Shown here: positions 25,152 through 37,842 of the stretch, one piece after another
How positions within the stretch are numbered: position 1 is the first letter of the stretch
How the letters are laid out: each line of letters begins with the position of its first letter
Assembly: GCA_002633005.1 (NCBI GenBank)
Contig: NMRA01000086.1
Coordinates: 248,001-312,000, forward strand
Reading direction: 5' to 3'
Length of the DNA: 64,000 nucleotides
Origin: Phoronis australis
Taxonomy: Eukaryota > Animalia > Phoronida
Notes under the pieces: model-generated
Told to the model about the DNA's origin: nothing
Seen by the model: only the letters and a program-made list of their open reading frames with translations
Database searches by the model: none
Program-made: the position numbers and the translations under genes

Positions 25152-25806
25152 ACAACCAAGAAACCATCAACCACAGCGCCAGTCAAACATCTCAGTGAAG
25201 TGTTACAACAGCAGGATGATGTCTCACTCAAGATTATGATGAAATTGTCCCAGTGTTGACACATACACGGATAATTCTCTGAAGAGCGGTACCAGAGATA
25301 AAAGACAAAAATCTCAAGGAGTAGGATCCTTTCATGTGACATGAAGGTAACTTCACCAACCATTCTTGTTTCAAAGAGTACAAAAGTACCGGGATTGATT
25401 CTGGTGTCGTATTAACTGAATGTCTTTGAAATAACCATTCTGCACCATGACTAGTACATTCTAGTTGATTACTGTGTTGAAAATGTGTAAAGTGTCAACA
25501 CTTACAATTCATTGTAGAGATGGATTTACATTGAAATGATTTTGACAGAGAATGACAAATGTATGTTGAGGAAACCCAAGATTGTAAAACTGAGTCAAGT
25601 AATGTTCTTGATTGTTTTGTTGCTGCTGTAAAACTTGACATCAGTACAAAGATATTGGTCACGTGGCAACTGACTGCAGTAGATTCTTTTCACGATTTTG
25701 CATGTGTCTTGCATGGTGATGGGAAATAAAAAACATTGACCATAGGCTATAAACAAGACTTTTATACAAAAATAAAGATGGACACTAACACCACAATGTT
25801 GTACAA

Positions 25807-28800
25807 TTAGGACTCCTGCAACACATTTGACACATTTCCCCACTGTGAGGCTAGCTTTTCATGGTAGGCATCCAACTGCAAAAGAAAAAAATGTCAGGCT
25901 TAGCAAAAGAAAAAAATGTCAGGCTTAGCAAAAGAAAAACATGTCAGGCTTAGCAAAAGAAAAACATGTCAGGCTTAAAGGCTGTTGAAACATTTTTGGT
26001 AAGAGAATAACCTCATGTATCTGAGACTACGTAGCCCTTTGACACATGATGAATCCATGTGCTGGTTTCCAGTTCAATTTTCAACATCATTTATTTTTCA
26101 AATTGAAAATTGAACTGGAAACCAGCACACGGACCATGATGCAGCAACACGCAATCCTTTAAGGTATTGGTTGAAATTACTTTTTTCTAGACCACATTTA
26201 GATAATTAGTTTTAAAAAGCCTGTACCAGTGTGACATAAACAATTAGCAGCTAAGTTTTTGCTTTTTTCTGTAAACAGTATACCGGTAAAATCCTAAAAT
26301 GGTTCATGCAATCACCACAGACCCTTAAGACCACTGACAACACCAAAAAGCACCAAGACCCTGTTAAAAAAACGAGCCTCACCGCTAAGATACAAAAACC
26401 AATCTTCATCTACAGCACAACCAAAGGCCACCTATCAAACAACACAGTTTGCCCACCCAACCACAAGTGCCACCTACCGTCTCCAGCAACTGTGAGTAGT
26501 CCGTCTGTAAAGTTGTGATATTTTTCTCAATATGGCCGACCTTCACTGAGCATTGTTGCTCCACTTGCAGCATCTCGTGTTCAAGTTCACTCTTGCGAAG
26601 GTCATCTTCCCCAATCATCTGGCCATACTGCTCTTTTTTTCTGCAACAACCGTTTTTACGCAAACATCAGGCTGATCTCAAACAACAGGGCTTGGAATGA
26701 CCAATGACAAAAAAACGCGGAAACTTTTACGGCCCAAATCATGCCCGATAACCAGCCTTTGAAATGATCAATGAGAACCTTTCCGCGACAAAAATCGGGA
26801 CNCACACAAATTTGGCTGCAGAGCGGTAGTATTTGTCGCCGCGCTTAACAATAACACGAGCCGCCATTGAAAATCACACCACGCTTTACCCAGATGCCCC
26901 AGCAATGTTGACAATTTACGTTCCTCCGAAACATAAAGACTTCCGCTTTCCGAGGTGAACGTCGTCTGCAACGCCGCGGTAAGAAAGGAATTTGCCGCGG
27001 AAATTTCATATCAAATCCGATTTTTTTTACGCGGAAATATTATAAAAAAAGTGGAAAGCACATTTCAAAAAAGCGGAAATCCGCGTTTCCGCGGAAAATT
27101 CCAAGCCCTGAAACAAACTACACCAGCTGACTGCCATCTTCATTATCCCATTAGTTTTTATTAGTTTAATGACACTGATAAGGAAATGCAACATACTGAT
27201 ATTAAATCAGAATCAGCAAATTGATTGCCGTGTATAGACTCCGTAAATGCATTGCACCCACATCACCCGTTTTCACTTCAGTGAAATAGCTCAGCTTAGT
27301 TGAAACATAAAAATTTTGGTATTTACAACTGAAACGTGTAAATTCCTTTAAAAAACTCCAATTTTTTGAAAGAATTCCAGATTCCGTGAATTCTGCCTTG
27401 TTATCCATTATTGCAGAAAAACAAGGTCTCTATATTACTTAATAAGAAGCTAAATAAACAAAATGGACATCTAAAGCCTGCTTTGCACATTTAACTACAG
27501 TTAAAAAAAAATATTTTTGTAAATTACATTATAAAACAGTGGCGGATCTAGGATATCACAAGAGGGGTGCCCAACATTTTGTCTGTAAATATTTGCACAA
27601 AGCACGATTGTAGATGCACATAGCACCCAATGGGGGCAAACCCCCTCCCGCCCAAGAAATTTTTCTGTTTTTTCCTCTAAAAATCAAGCATTTTCCTTGA
27701 TTCCCGAAGTATTATCCAAGAAAAAAAGGCAAAAAACACGGAGAAAGTGTCAAACAGGAAAACTACAAGTACCACAGACTTGAACTCATCACCTGACGGA
27801 GAGAGCGTGCGTGCTTTACCACTGCACCACCACGATTTAACTCCTAATTAGTTACTAAGATACCTACTTGTTTATGGTCCACAGCATTCGCGCGCGAAAC
27901 CTTCTTCTTTTTGTAATGTTTATTACACTTTTTATATTTTGTGCAATCAGTTCGTAACAAATTTGTTGTATTTAAAATAGTCTTCAATTGCCCAAAAGAC
28001 CAAATCTGTTATTTTGTGTTGGCATTAATGACGCGATTGTTTTGGAAATTGTCTTAAGGTTTGACAAAGAGAGAATTATGAGTTTCTGAGGGATTCACTA
28101 AGGCTTCGATTAAAATTCACATCTTACCAGCAGCTTCTGTTTTTTCATCGTCACTCAGGTTCCATTTTCTTTAAAAAATGAAGTAATTTTCTTCATTGCA
28201 CAGTGAAGCAGACGACAGATACGGAGTCGTAGTGCGCAGCACCACTGCCAGTTGCCTGGGATATCGCGGGAGAGCCTATACTTAGCCATAGTTCCATTAC
28301 GATTGAGCCGTGTTTCGAATTTGACACTTGAAGTTGGATCTGACCCCCCCCCCAAACACACTAAAACTGCACACATTTCAATCTTGTTTCTGCCATATAA
28401 TGTTAATTACCGGGGTGAAATAGTAAACTCAACATTTCCCTACGCTCTTGCGGTTTTATTTTTTTGCAGCAGTCAAGGTACAAACAAACCATATAGTTAA
28501 CTTGCAAAGACCCAAAGAAGCCATCTGTTGGAACCCCACTAACCCTTGTCCGTAGCCTAGTCAGACCATAGCTCATTTCAAAAGTCAGTGGTTTGACCAC
28601 AATGACTGAATAAAGGTGTTTACTTGGACCTAGAGTGACTGCAGTCCAAACTAACACTCCAAGTGAAAACAGTCATAAAAATATCACCACTTACTACTCC
28701 ATAGATGCCACAAATTTGTTCTAGTACGGCTCTCAATTTAGCCTGACAGCCATAATACTCCTTTTGGGACAAGTTTAACGTTTTCCCTCGTCACTCCCAC

Positions 28801-31800
28801 TCCCTTGTGAAAAAAGTCTGCTGTTGGGCTGAGTATAACCCTCACCCCCACTCACCCCTTCATCTGTACCAGAGTCTGCTCAGTTCCAGCCATCCTGTTC
28901 TGATGCTGTAGACTCAGTTTTGCCAGCTTCTCCTGCTTGGACACCACCATCTGTTTCTGTCTCTGTTCCTGAGCTGTTAGGTCACGCAACACATCTTTCT
29001 GTGTTTGGATGTCATTACGTAGATTGGAGATTTCGCCCAGCACCTCCCTGCATTGATAATTACTTTTGGCCATATTTCAAGAATAACAAAGAGTTAGACA
29101 AACACAGAAGTATTTTGTCCAGGAGAAATCACACAAATACAAAATCATGTTCAACTGAATTGTTCCTCATGATGATCCAGGGGGTAATTTTAGGAGCGCA
29201 CCTCGCGTCATTGGCACATTGAAAAACTTCATATACTTATTATGTAGTATGAGATTCTGTGGCAGACTTTAGACCTGGTAAGTGTCAATTTCAACAACTT
29301 GGCCATTCTCAAATGCAATGCAAAAGATGATGCTGCGGGCAATTGATGGCACTGGTGACGACCATAATTCATGCAGGCTCGAAATTGCCAGTGAAACGCT
29401 TGAGAAAACAAGTGCAAAAAGTAGACTTACAAGCTCACTCGTACGAGCACTGAGTGGAGTTCCGATGTTTTTGGCCACCAGTTTAAACAGGCCTAAATGC
29501 GGAAATTCGAGGGCAGATACACCCTCACCCATATTTTCAAGCGAACATTTTCACCAGTGTCGAGCACTGTGTACCATTGCAACTACACACCAGAGGCTTT
29601 TAATAACTATTGCACATGACATTGGATGATGTAAACCATTTTTCCAGTTGTTGACAATTTTAGAATAAAACCCATTTGTCATATTGTCACATTCAGATCG
29701 AGTCCTATTTTTAATAGCTACTCATGCAAAAGTTGAACATTTCAAAAACAATTCCGAAAGTATAAAAATAATTAATTCTTAAACCGGCAAAATTCCTAAA
29801 AGAGTTTGTAGACCAGTATATAAAGCATAGTCTCTCAAAGTTTCAAATGATGTTCTAAAGTTGGCCAAAGTTGGCCATTTTCTAGAGTTCTACATAAACC
29901 TTTATATTGTTTAAGACCAAAGTTGGTCTTTATTTTGTGGAACAAATGCAATGTAGCTGTCAAGGAAGATATTGACAGGAAGGATTCACATAGAACAATA
30001 ATTTATTTTGATTCGAGACAAGAACATGATAACATTGATTTGAAAGTGGTTTCACACCCTAGATTGACCCTTCCCCTCCTGAGAACCTACCGTTCCCTCT
30101 CTATCTCCCCATTGATGCCCTGAATCAGCCTGTTCGCCTGTTCACAGTCTCCCTCCAGCTGCACCAAGTGACCTTCCTGTTCCCTGAGCTCCATCATCCG
30201 CGAGATTTTCTCCTCCTTTGCAGTCTTCATACTGGCCAAATGGCGACGCTGGCGCTCTATTTCATTCTTCATGCGGTCCGGCGACTGGACGATCTGGCGT
30301 GACAACTTTGTACTCTTCTCCTTTAGTGACAACATGGTCAGTTTTGTTTGATCCTGTAAATATTACACATTCGTAGAATGCAAAACAATGAGTATTAATT
30401 GTCCTAAAAACTTCTGCTGCTGTCCGACCTTCCTAAAACAGATTGTTACAGCCTCGGCTACTAGTATTGCTAACTGGTTTGAAATGTCAGGAAGCATTCT
30501 GGTTAGCAGTCTGTGTTGTTGCACTGTTGAGGACTGAACATCCTATGGCATGCATTTTCCTCAGAAATTTGATGAATGTCAACAATGCTTGCATTACTTG
30601 GATCGTTCCTGACGTTTCGAGTGAGACAAAGTATTTGACTATTGTAATATATGTATTATTTACATAACGTGACTTGAATATGATACCAGTATTGTTTGCT
30701 CAATTCATTTTTCTTACTACCATGAGGTTGGTACAGTCATTGTACGAACTGACGCCTGACACAAAATCTGAGTGCTGCCAATTGAAGATACAGTCAAAGT
30801 AAACCATGAAGATGAAGTTGATAGGTGAACCTATATCTTAAAGATCTCACGGAATAATAGTTCAGATTTTCCAAAACCGTGGAGATGAAGGCATTTCGAC
30901 TTGTCTATCAAATAACACAGTTCTACAGTCAAAGACTACCTGCTGCATATATCGTTGTCCAGTGGAGGCAGTAGATCAGGTGACAAATTTCCTATGTGCT
31001 AAAAACAATATTTTGAAACCACACATGTACATTTAATTAGAGTTGAGTACAAAGCAGCATCAGGATACAGTAGAACTCAGAATATATGGCCATGGTCTTG
31101 TAATAGAGTATGTCCATATACTTGAATATAAGGCCATTGCATTTTAAGTGTTCTCAAAAATGTATTATTTGGCCTATATGGATATGGCCTCATACGTAAT
31201 AGGTAATACGTTACGACTATATGAGGAGCTTACATTGGCTGCTGTTGTCTCGGCAATGCCAGCCTTGAGATCACTGATGGCTTTCTGCTGAGTCATCTGT
31301 TGTTTGTGGTGTTCCCCCATCTTGGCATTCATTTCCGCAAAGGATTCTTGTAGCTGTCATAGATTGTACATGATGGTCATACACAATATATTTATCAACA
31401 GTGTCCTCAGTATTTGATCTTTGTTTTTGACCAGGTGCTGAAAGGTATCATTTCATGACATGATACTTAGACAGAACATGGAGAGCACAATGACAGAGAA
31501 TTTTGATTGTGACAGACAGCTGCTGACAGTCTGTCAATGAAAGTATTCTAATAATAAGTTGGGCAACTGGTCCATGTTACACCACAACACGAAGTAATAA
31601 CATGGCAAACCAAACGTATCTATATGGTCCACCAACACTGTTATTGTCTTCTAAGGAGAGTATTACTAGTGGATTTTGACTATTTTACTATATTTATGTT
31701 GTCTAAACCTTTGAATTTCCATTCATGTATGCGGAAAATTGGAGATGATTTGATCCCACATATGAAAATCAAGAGTAGAAGACTCTGTTTAATTTTTGTT

Positions 31801-34800
31801 TTTTAGCCAACCAAACTCAGCAAAATGCAGCTCCAAATGATGGGTTGTGGGACAGTCAGCGCAACTGCTCCTTGAAATTCTTCATGTTTTGGGGTTGTAA
31901 GTGAAATTGCTGCGAGTTTTGATGACGATATGGGAACAAAGTGTCACCAATATCATCTCATACCTGTTTATATTCTGGTTCCTCCTCCGCTCTTTTACAC
32001 CGGATGGCGTTAATTTTCTGCTGCAGTTCATCATTGAGAGTCGTCAACTGTTGATGCTGTTCTTTGATAGCAGCCTGATGTAAAATAATGATCAAGGTTA
32101 GCATGAATATGTATTAAATACATCCCTGTTCATTTGAAACAACTTTGCAATGACAGAAAATTATGATCAATGTTAGCATTAGTGTGTAATGTATCACTGT
32201 TCACTTGCAAAGAACAATGTGACAGATAGTAAGTAATGAAGTTTGTAATGGGATGACAAATATCATTAAAGAAATCCTATGAAACAGGAATAAACACCAG
32301 CACTAGAGAAATTATTCACCAAATAATTTTGTCCGTCTGTACTGAAACTCCAACCTCAGACTCAGAACTGTAAAATGCACTGTAATGTTAAGTAATTGGT
32401 TGTTTTATTTATTGCATCTGTGTACAACTGTAATACTGATGATCATATTGAGTAATGTTGAAATGTCAACATGAAGCTCAGCGTATTGTTTTTACTATTT
32501 AACTGTTAACTGACCATCTGACCATGAACAGAACCTCTTACAAATTTTCACTGACACCAAATCAGCAATCAGATTCACCAACCCTCATTGTGATGTTACA
32601 TGCCCCAACCCAACGCAACACCAGTTGAGAATAGATGCCAATGACGATGTGAATATGTTAATAAGTATCATAACATCAATTTTCGTCTGTCTGACTAAAA
32701 AAGAAAATACCCAACCACTCACTACAAAAATTATTGACAGCTGGCAACTTACATCCTCGGCTTTCATTTGCTCGTAGACTTCCTGCTTCTCTGACATAAA
32801 TCTAAAGTAGTTGACTAGTGCACTAACAAACCGCTGTGTGCGCTTAGGCTCTACAAGTAAACCAGATTACATATTAAATGTATGCAGCAGACTACAGGTA
32901 CTACTTTAACACATAACATTGATGGTATAAAATAAGATACACAACTACTTAAATTCACCATACAAACAGGATAGCTTTGTGTAAAAATTAAAATTACTTG
33001 AAGAATAATTGTACATCCAACTTTTATTTTATGAACAAAATGTGTTTCGCATTGAACACATCATTTGAAAAAATCCACTGTTATACACAACCGCTACCCA
33101 GAAATAAAGAGAGAATGTACTCAATCAAAAAATGGCAATCAAAAACATTTTATGGCATTACTGAGAACTTACATGACCTTGTAACTCAAAACCTAAATCA
33201 GAATAAAAATAAGAATTTCAATTTATGTTTGACAACTGGACTAGCCAAACATTGTGCGTCAAAAGCTAGAGATGGAAGTGAAACTGAAGGCTGGCGTAAA
33301 TAGGTCATTTACTGTGACTAGAATAATGGTACAATACAATGTAAGAGAATAGATATAATAAGTAAAATAATATTACCTCTGTAAAGACGGCCTCTCAATA
33401 ATAAAAAACGCAAGTCTACTCCTGCCAATGGCACTTACTTGGGTCAGTCAAATCTGTCAGATGAAAATCTTTAACACAACATGCATACATCAGTCTTTGC
33501 CTGAAATGGAAGACCATGATAACACTCAATCGCAGCCTTGCACTTAACAGACCACTGTTGCTGAGAATTATCCGATTCAAACACCAAATACGTTTCTGAA
33601 ATTTAACGTATACCAGGAGCTCCATTTATTTTACCGAAATCACTTTGCATGCAAAAAGAGCTCCCACAGAGGTCTTTTGTAAACAAGTGGTAAGGCTCTA
33701 ATATTTCAGAAACTTGTATGGCTGCTTGCAGTGCCCTCATTAGGTATGCAGCAAGAAGAAGGTTTCACTTTTTTGTCAGATTGGCTACTAGAACAGAAGT
33801 CTGGCAGGGCTTTTACGACTAAAAATTTTAGAAAACATCGACATCAGACGCCTTATCTTCCACATGCACCAGACATGTAAAATTATCCCATGGTGAATCT
33901 TTCAAACACTGTTTCAGATGAAAGCCTTGTGCCGGCCTCGTCTTTCTGGAGGTTCTTATGGAATTCCGGTTGCCAATTTTTGATAGGTTGCCTTATACTC
34001 CATTTAAGAACACTTGATTTAAAGGGGAAGGCAACCTTTTTTCATGTCACTTTTATTAAAAATACAGTTCATTGAGTATCCCAGACATATGTTTCATTTA
34101 ATTACGGCTTCCCGTATTTTTAAAATAAAAAAGTAGGAAAAGCACAGACCACTTTAACTCGAGTACTAAAGCAAAAACAATAAACGTACAAAGCCATTGT
34201 GAATGAAATGAGTGATGTCGCATCCTCGTATAATTCTGGGTAGTCCAACTGTCTGCTCTGATGGAATTGAAGCTGAAATATTGATTAACAGCACTTGTTA
34301 GAATTGATCTCTGCTTTGCTACATAAAAAGCCGAGTTAGCTCTACCATGGCAACAGGCAATGAAACACAGCACTGAGCATTACAGACACAAATCCATCCT
34401 GCCATAATAAAAGAGAGGCACATCATATACATTCTAGCAGACAGACCACCTGTCATTATCGACAACGGGATAAAAATGGCGAAATTTTAATCTACACCTT
34501 CTGGAGATGACTCTTTTCCTCAGATATCTGTACAAAACATAACATTTCAAAAAATCACACATATATTGTTGACTGAACAAAATTTCTGATAATAAGCTTG
34601 TATTTTGAAAATGATTACAACAGTACATTTTGGTTTCTCTAATATCCTCAACGCACAACCTGTTCAAAACAAACACTAAGCATAAACACAAAATATTAAA
34701 TAAGAATAGGTTACAGCATCAAATTTGGAGTGAAGAAAATTTCACTACACTTGTCTCAGTGAATTAGAAGACTATGTGCAATTTCAGGCATATTGAGATT

Positions 34801-35593
34801 ATTATCAACGTAGCCTTTTGAAACGCCAAGATCACCAAACTCTTTGAAGAAGGTCTTACACATAGGTTGGCCTGTTTTGGAAATTGTTAAATCATGTTAT
34901 AATGACCGAATAGAAATTGTTCTTTCAACATGTGTGAAATGCTAATAAATGGATACAATCCCTGTCAATAAAAATGCACTTAATAAAATCAAAGTATACT
35001 TAGAAAAACTCTAATCAAAGACTTTGGGTTTGCTGCATCGAACTGAAGAGTTACTGTGGGAAAATATGCGCTAATCTGACACATTTCTCAGGACTACTAG
35101 GCAGACTACACAGTACACACATGTGCTGTCTCAGTGAGAGAAGATTAACTTGTTAGAAGGCGATGTGAGATAGTGGTTTACTACTCACCAGAGTGAACTG
35201 TTCTGAGTTAGTTCCTGTCATACTTTGCAACATATGCAAGTAACATTTTTTCCATCGTTCAGACTGCAACAAAAGACATCAAAATTTGTATCAAAGCCGT
35301 CAACTTGACATTGCACAACATCCAACTAGCGAAACGACTGCAGAATCAAAAGAAAAGATCACTACTAGTTTGTATTATTAGACGAGTCATTTTCAGATTT
35401 CACTGAGCAAAGGTAACAATCTACCTCGTGGATGGACCTGTTTTAAGAAATCAATGGCTACAATTACCTGAGGGCGCGTGAAGTCATTGTCGCTGATGAT
35501 TAGTTCTGGCCAAATGTCATGCACAATTGGTAACAGCTCGTCAGGCTTGAGAATGGGAAATAAGTAGTCTAGTGTTGTCTGTTGTTGACTCAT
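25807..35593 (-). CDS. NUF2: Kinetochore protein Nuf2 (NDC80 complex), ~453 aa, 11 coding exons
   Basis: Exons 35593-35468, 35263-35189, 34272-34190, 33500-33439, 32850-32753, 32074-31964, 31353-31234, 30353-30091, 29047-28856, 26640-26478 and 25875-25807 total 1362 nt with all phases consistent. Motifs: YLFPILKPDE, DFHLTDLTDPKPKRTQRFVSALVNYFRF (CH domain), IVQSPDRMK and a long coiled coil. Confidence 0.93.
25878..25977. repeat. 25-bp tandem repeat x4 covering the NUF2 last-exon branch/polypyrimidine tract
   Basis: gcaaaagaaaa(a/c)atgtcaggctta x4, immediately adjacent to the acceptor AG at 25876-25877. Confidence 0.92.
26053..26134. repeat. 82-bp hairpin (27-bp perfect stem), mini-MITE-like
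   Basis: tgtgctggtttccagttcaattttcaa / ttgaaaattgaactggaaaccagcaca with an 18-nt loop, flanked by the direct repeat CATGATG (26045-26051 and 26135-26141). Confidence 0.8.
26686..27110. mobile_element. hAT-like MITE, 425 bp
   Basis: 13-bp perfect TIR CAGGGCTTGGAAT...ATTCCAAGCCCTG, repeated subterminal CGCGGAAA motifs, and flanking direct repeat AAACAA (26680-26685, 27111-27116). Confidence 0.85.
34023..34125 (+). mobile_element. Solo Kolobok-type terminal repeat
   Basis: TTAA|AGGGGAAGGCAACCTTTTTTCATGTCAC...TATCCCAGACATA...TAATTAC matches the TIR of the 43369 element. The partner end was not found. Confidence 0.7.
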
Positions 35594-36069
35594 CCTTCCC
35601 GCTAGAAAGTATTTAGAACAGAACAAATAATTGATTTGGGTCCATTTCAATAGATAGCTGTAAGTCCAACTCTTATATTAGTAATTGATTGGCATCTCAA
35701 CAATTAAGTTTTTCACATTATGTCACGCCATCAAATAGGCTGAGGAAAATCTCACTATTTTTGAACAAGTCTGCTAGCATTGCTATGAATGCCCCACAGT
35801 TCCTCAAAACATTGCCCAATGGTATGGTAGGCTGAGATTGATAAAACCTATATTTTATGATACTTATTTTGGCCGCCATACTTTATCCTAAATTGGTGGG
35901 ATTTTAACATCGAGTGGACAACAGAGGCTATGATTCACCAAAAACACGTCTACAACATTCCCCTTTCCTACGGAAGGTGAACACCAGATTGTCTCACATA
36001 CAGCCGGTAATCAACTTCCGTTGGCTATCACAACACAGGTAAACACTAGACAGTAAAGTTATTAGCATT

Positions 36070-36799
36070 GGTACAAAGCTGTATACTAAATATACAGCTT
36101 TGCACCGATGTGGTTAAAAAATTGGTAAGATAAAATCTGACACAAAATTAGAGTCATTAAAAACTACAGTCTTCCTTGAGTAAACAAAATTATTTAACAG
36201 TGTTGGAAAAAATGGCGTTTTACCGTTATTCTGCTGCTTAAGTTGTGGAGCAATTTTTAGAGACGGCTTTCGGCGCCATGAAATATTGTGTCACCTATTG
36301 GCCACTTTCTTTATTCGCCGGTTCTTCAATCAACTGTCGTTCTTTCATGAGCTTGCGTACACATCACAACAAATTATTGGAACTAGTTTCGCTTCAGTTT
36401 TTAGAATTTCAATACCGAAAAACCGAATTTCAGAACAAATTTTGCTTCTCCGAAGTTGTCGCGAAAATTTAGAAAATGGCGCGTGAAACGAGCGTACTGT
36501 TTTCAAAACGACGACATACTTTTCATTGTTAGAAAAGGCAGAGAGTTACGCAACAAAATGATGTTTATTGCATTGTTTTTCACTTAAACGGCTGTAACAG
36601 GCAAGGTGAGTGTCAGTTGATTGCCAGATTTTGCATGCACCCCGTCCAGTCTTTAGCTTTACATTTTGATACAAATTTCACGGCGAGGTGACGAGCAGAA
36701 CTACCCTGGCTGTGAGCAATTTCGAGGTCTACGGAAGAAATACACACAGTGGTACCTAGCTGTATTTTGACAATAGTCTTAATACAGCTAGCTGGCTGG
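36070..36799 (+). repeat. ~730-bp dispersed repeat (copy 1)
   Basis: Colinear, highly similar copy at 54414-55150, from caaagctgtatactaaatat to acagctagctggctgg. A diverged inverted copy lies at ~56330-56795. Confidence 0.9.
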
Positions 36800-37157
36800 T
36801 TAATGTTCACCTAGTTTTGCGTCAAGGTTAGGTGGCCACGGGCAAGGTTGTTTCTCATACAGGTGCTCGACTTCCAGAAAAAACGATAAGCATGGTAACC
36901 ATTTGGCTAAGCCGCTAAGCTGCTAATAGGCTGCTAAGTAGCACCATCGTCTCAACTGGGCTGCTAGGCAACAAGTAGCCCCTCGGTTGGCCTGCGGCAT
37001 TCAGGGCGATGCAATTGCCAAGAGTGGGCTGCAGGCAGTTGCCTGTTACTAATGTATTGTTAGCGATAGCTGATTGTGTGGTTAGCGAGCGGGTAACCTA
37101 ACAAAGGTTCATTCACCGGAAGCACGTTCATCATAGTGGTATGAAAGTGCTTCCGTT

Positions 37158-37283
37158 GAATCATATACGAGCCTCTGTTAGCCACTCGCTAACAGGCAAT
37201 TGCCTATTAGCAGTATTAGCTGAATGGTTAGCACACTCGCCGGTTAAATCGGGGTCGCTGGTTCGATTCCCGAGGTCGGGCAA
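37158..37283 (+). repeat. Repeat with tRNA-like Pol III A/B boxes (second copy 55726-55868)
   Basis: TAGCTGAATGG (A box) ... GGTTCGATTCC (B box). The preceding segment forms an imperfect palindrome with ~37035-37115. Confidence 0.65.
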
Positions 37284-37604
37284 TCTCGGATATTACGACA
37301 ATAGAGGCATTACATTGTTTGTGGGCGTTGCAGACAGCTAAGGGCTATGTGTTGCCTACAACAAGTCACCACTCTAAGCCTTAAGTAGGCCTTCCACTCA
37401 TTCAAGTCAATGCCAATGGCAATGCCATTGGCAATGGGTGCCGAGCCCGAGGTAGGCTACTGACCGTGTATTTTTGCACATGACATAGAAATATAAAAAA
37501 TACACCCGAGTCCGAAATGTTACATACTTTCGGAGTATTGAATCTTCAGAGTAGTGGGTTGCTCCCCTCAAATTCACTAGTTAGGACTCACGGAATTTAC
37601 TTAC

Positions 37605-37660
37605 AGTGACAAGACGAAGACCAGATTCGGAAAACGTTTAGATTTGACTTAGCGGGCTTC
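37605..37660 (-). promoter_or_regulatory. Putative NUF2 non-coding first exon/promoter
   Basis: Minus-strand donor GTAAGT at 37604 in a CpG-containing patch. The ATG exon has an acceptor (tttctag) about 8 nt upstream of the ATG, implying an upstream exon. Confidence 0.35.
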
Positions 37661-37756
37661 TGTTAATTTTATATTTGGTACATACGGGAAACTGTCATAC
37701 GGACGAATCACAGGACAGCAAAAGACAAGGTCAAGGACAAATGACGTTGTAGAGTT

Positions 37757-37842
37757 CAGTAACCCTAGGACCTTGCTAGGTATGAAAATTTCGCGAGATT
37801 ACGTGAGATATTGCCGTGTATTTCAAAGGAAAACACGTGATT
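37757..37842 (+). repeat. Short dispersed repeat with TTCGCGAGA core (inverted copy ~47932-48017)
   Basis: cagtaaccctaggacc...ttcgcgagattacgtgagatat...gtgtatttcaaa aligns with the reverse complement of 47932-48017. Confidence 0.65.

Noticed and set aside
34855-34880. Candidate NUF2 micro-exon
   Set aside because: Exon 34272-34190 already bridges the phases and supplies the expected YPELY segment.
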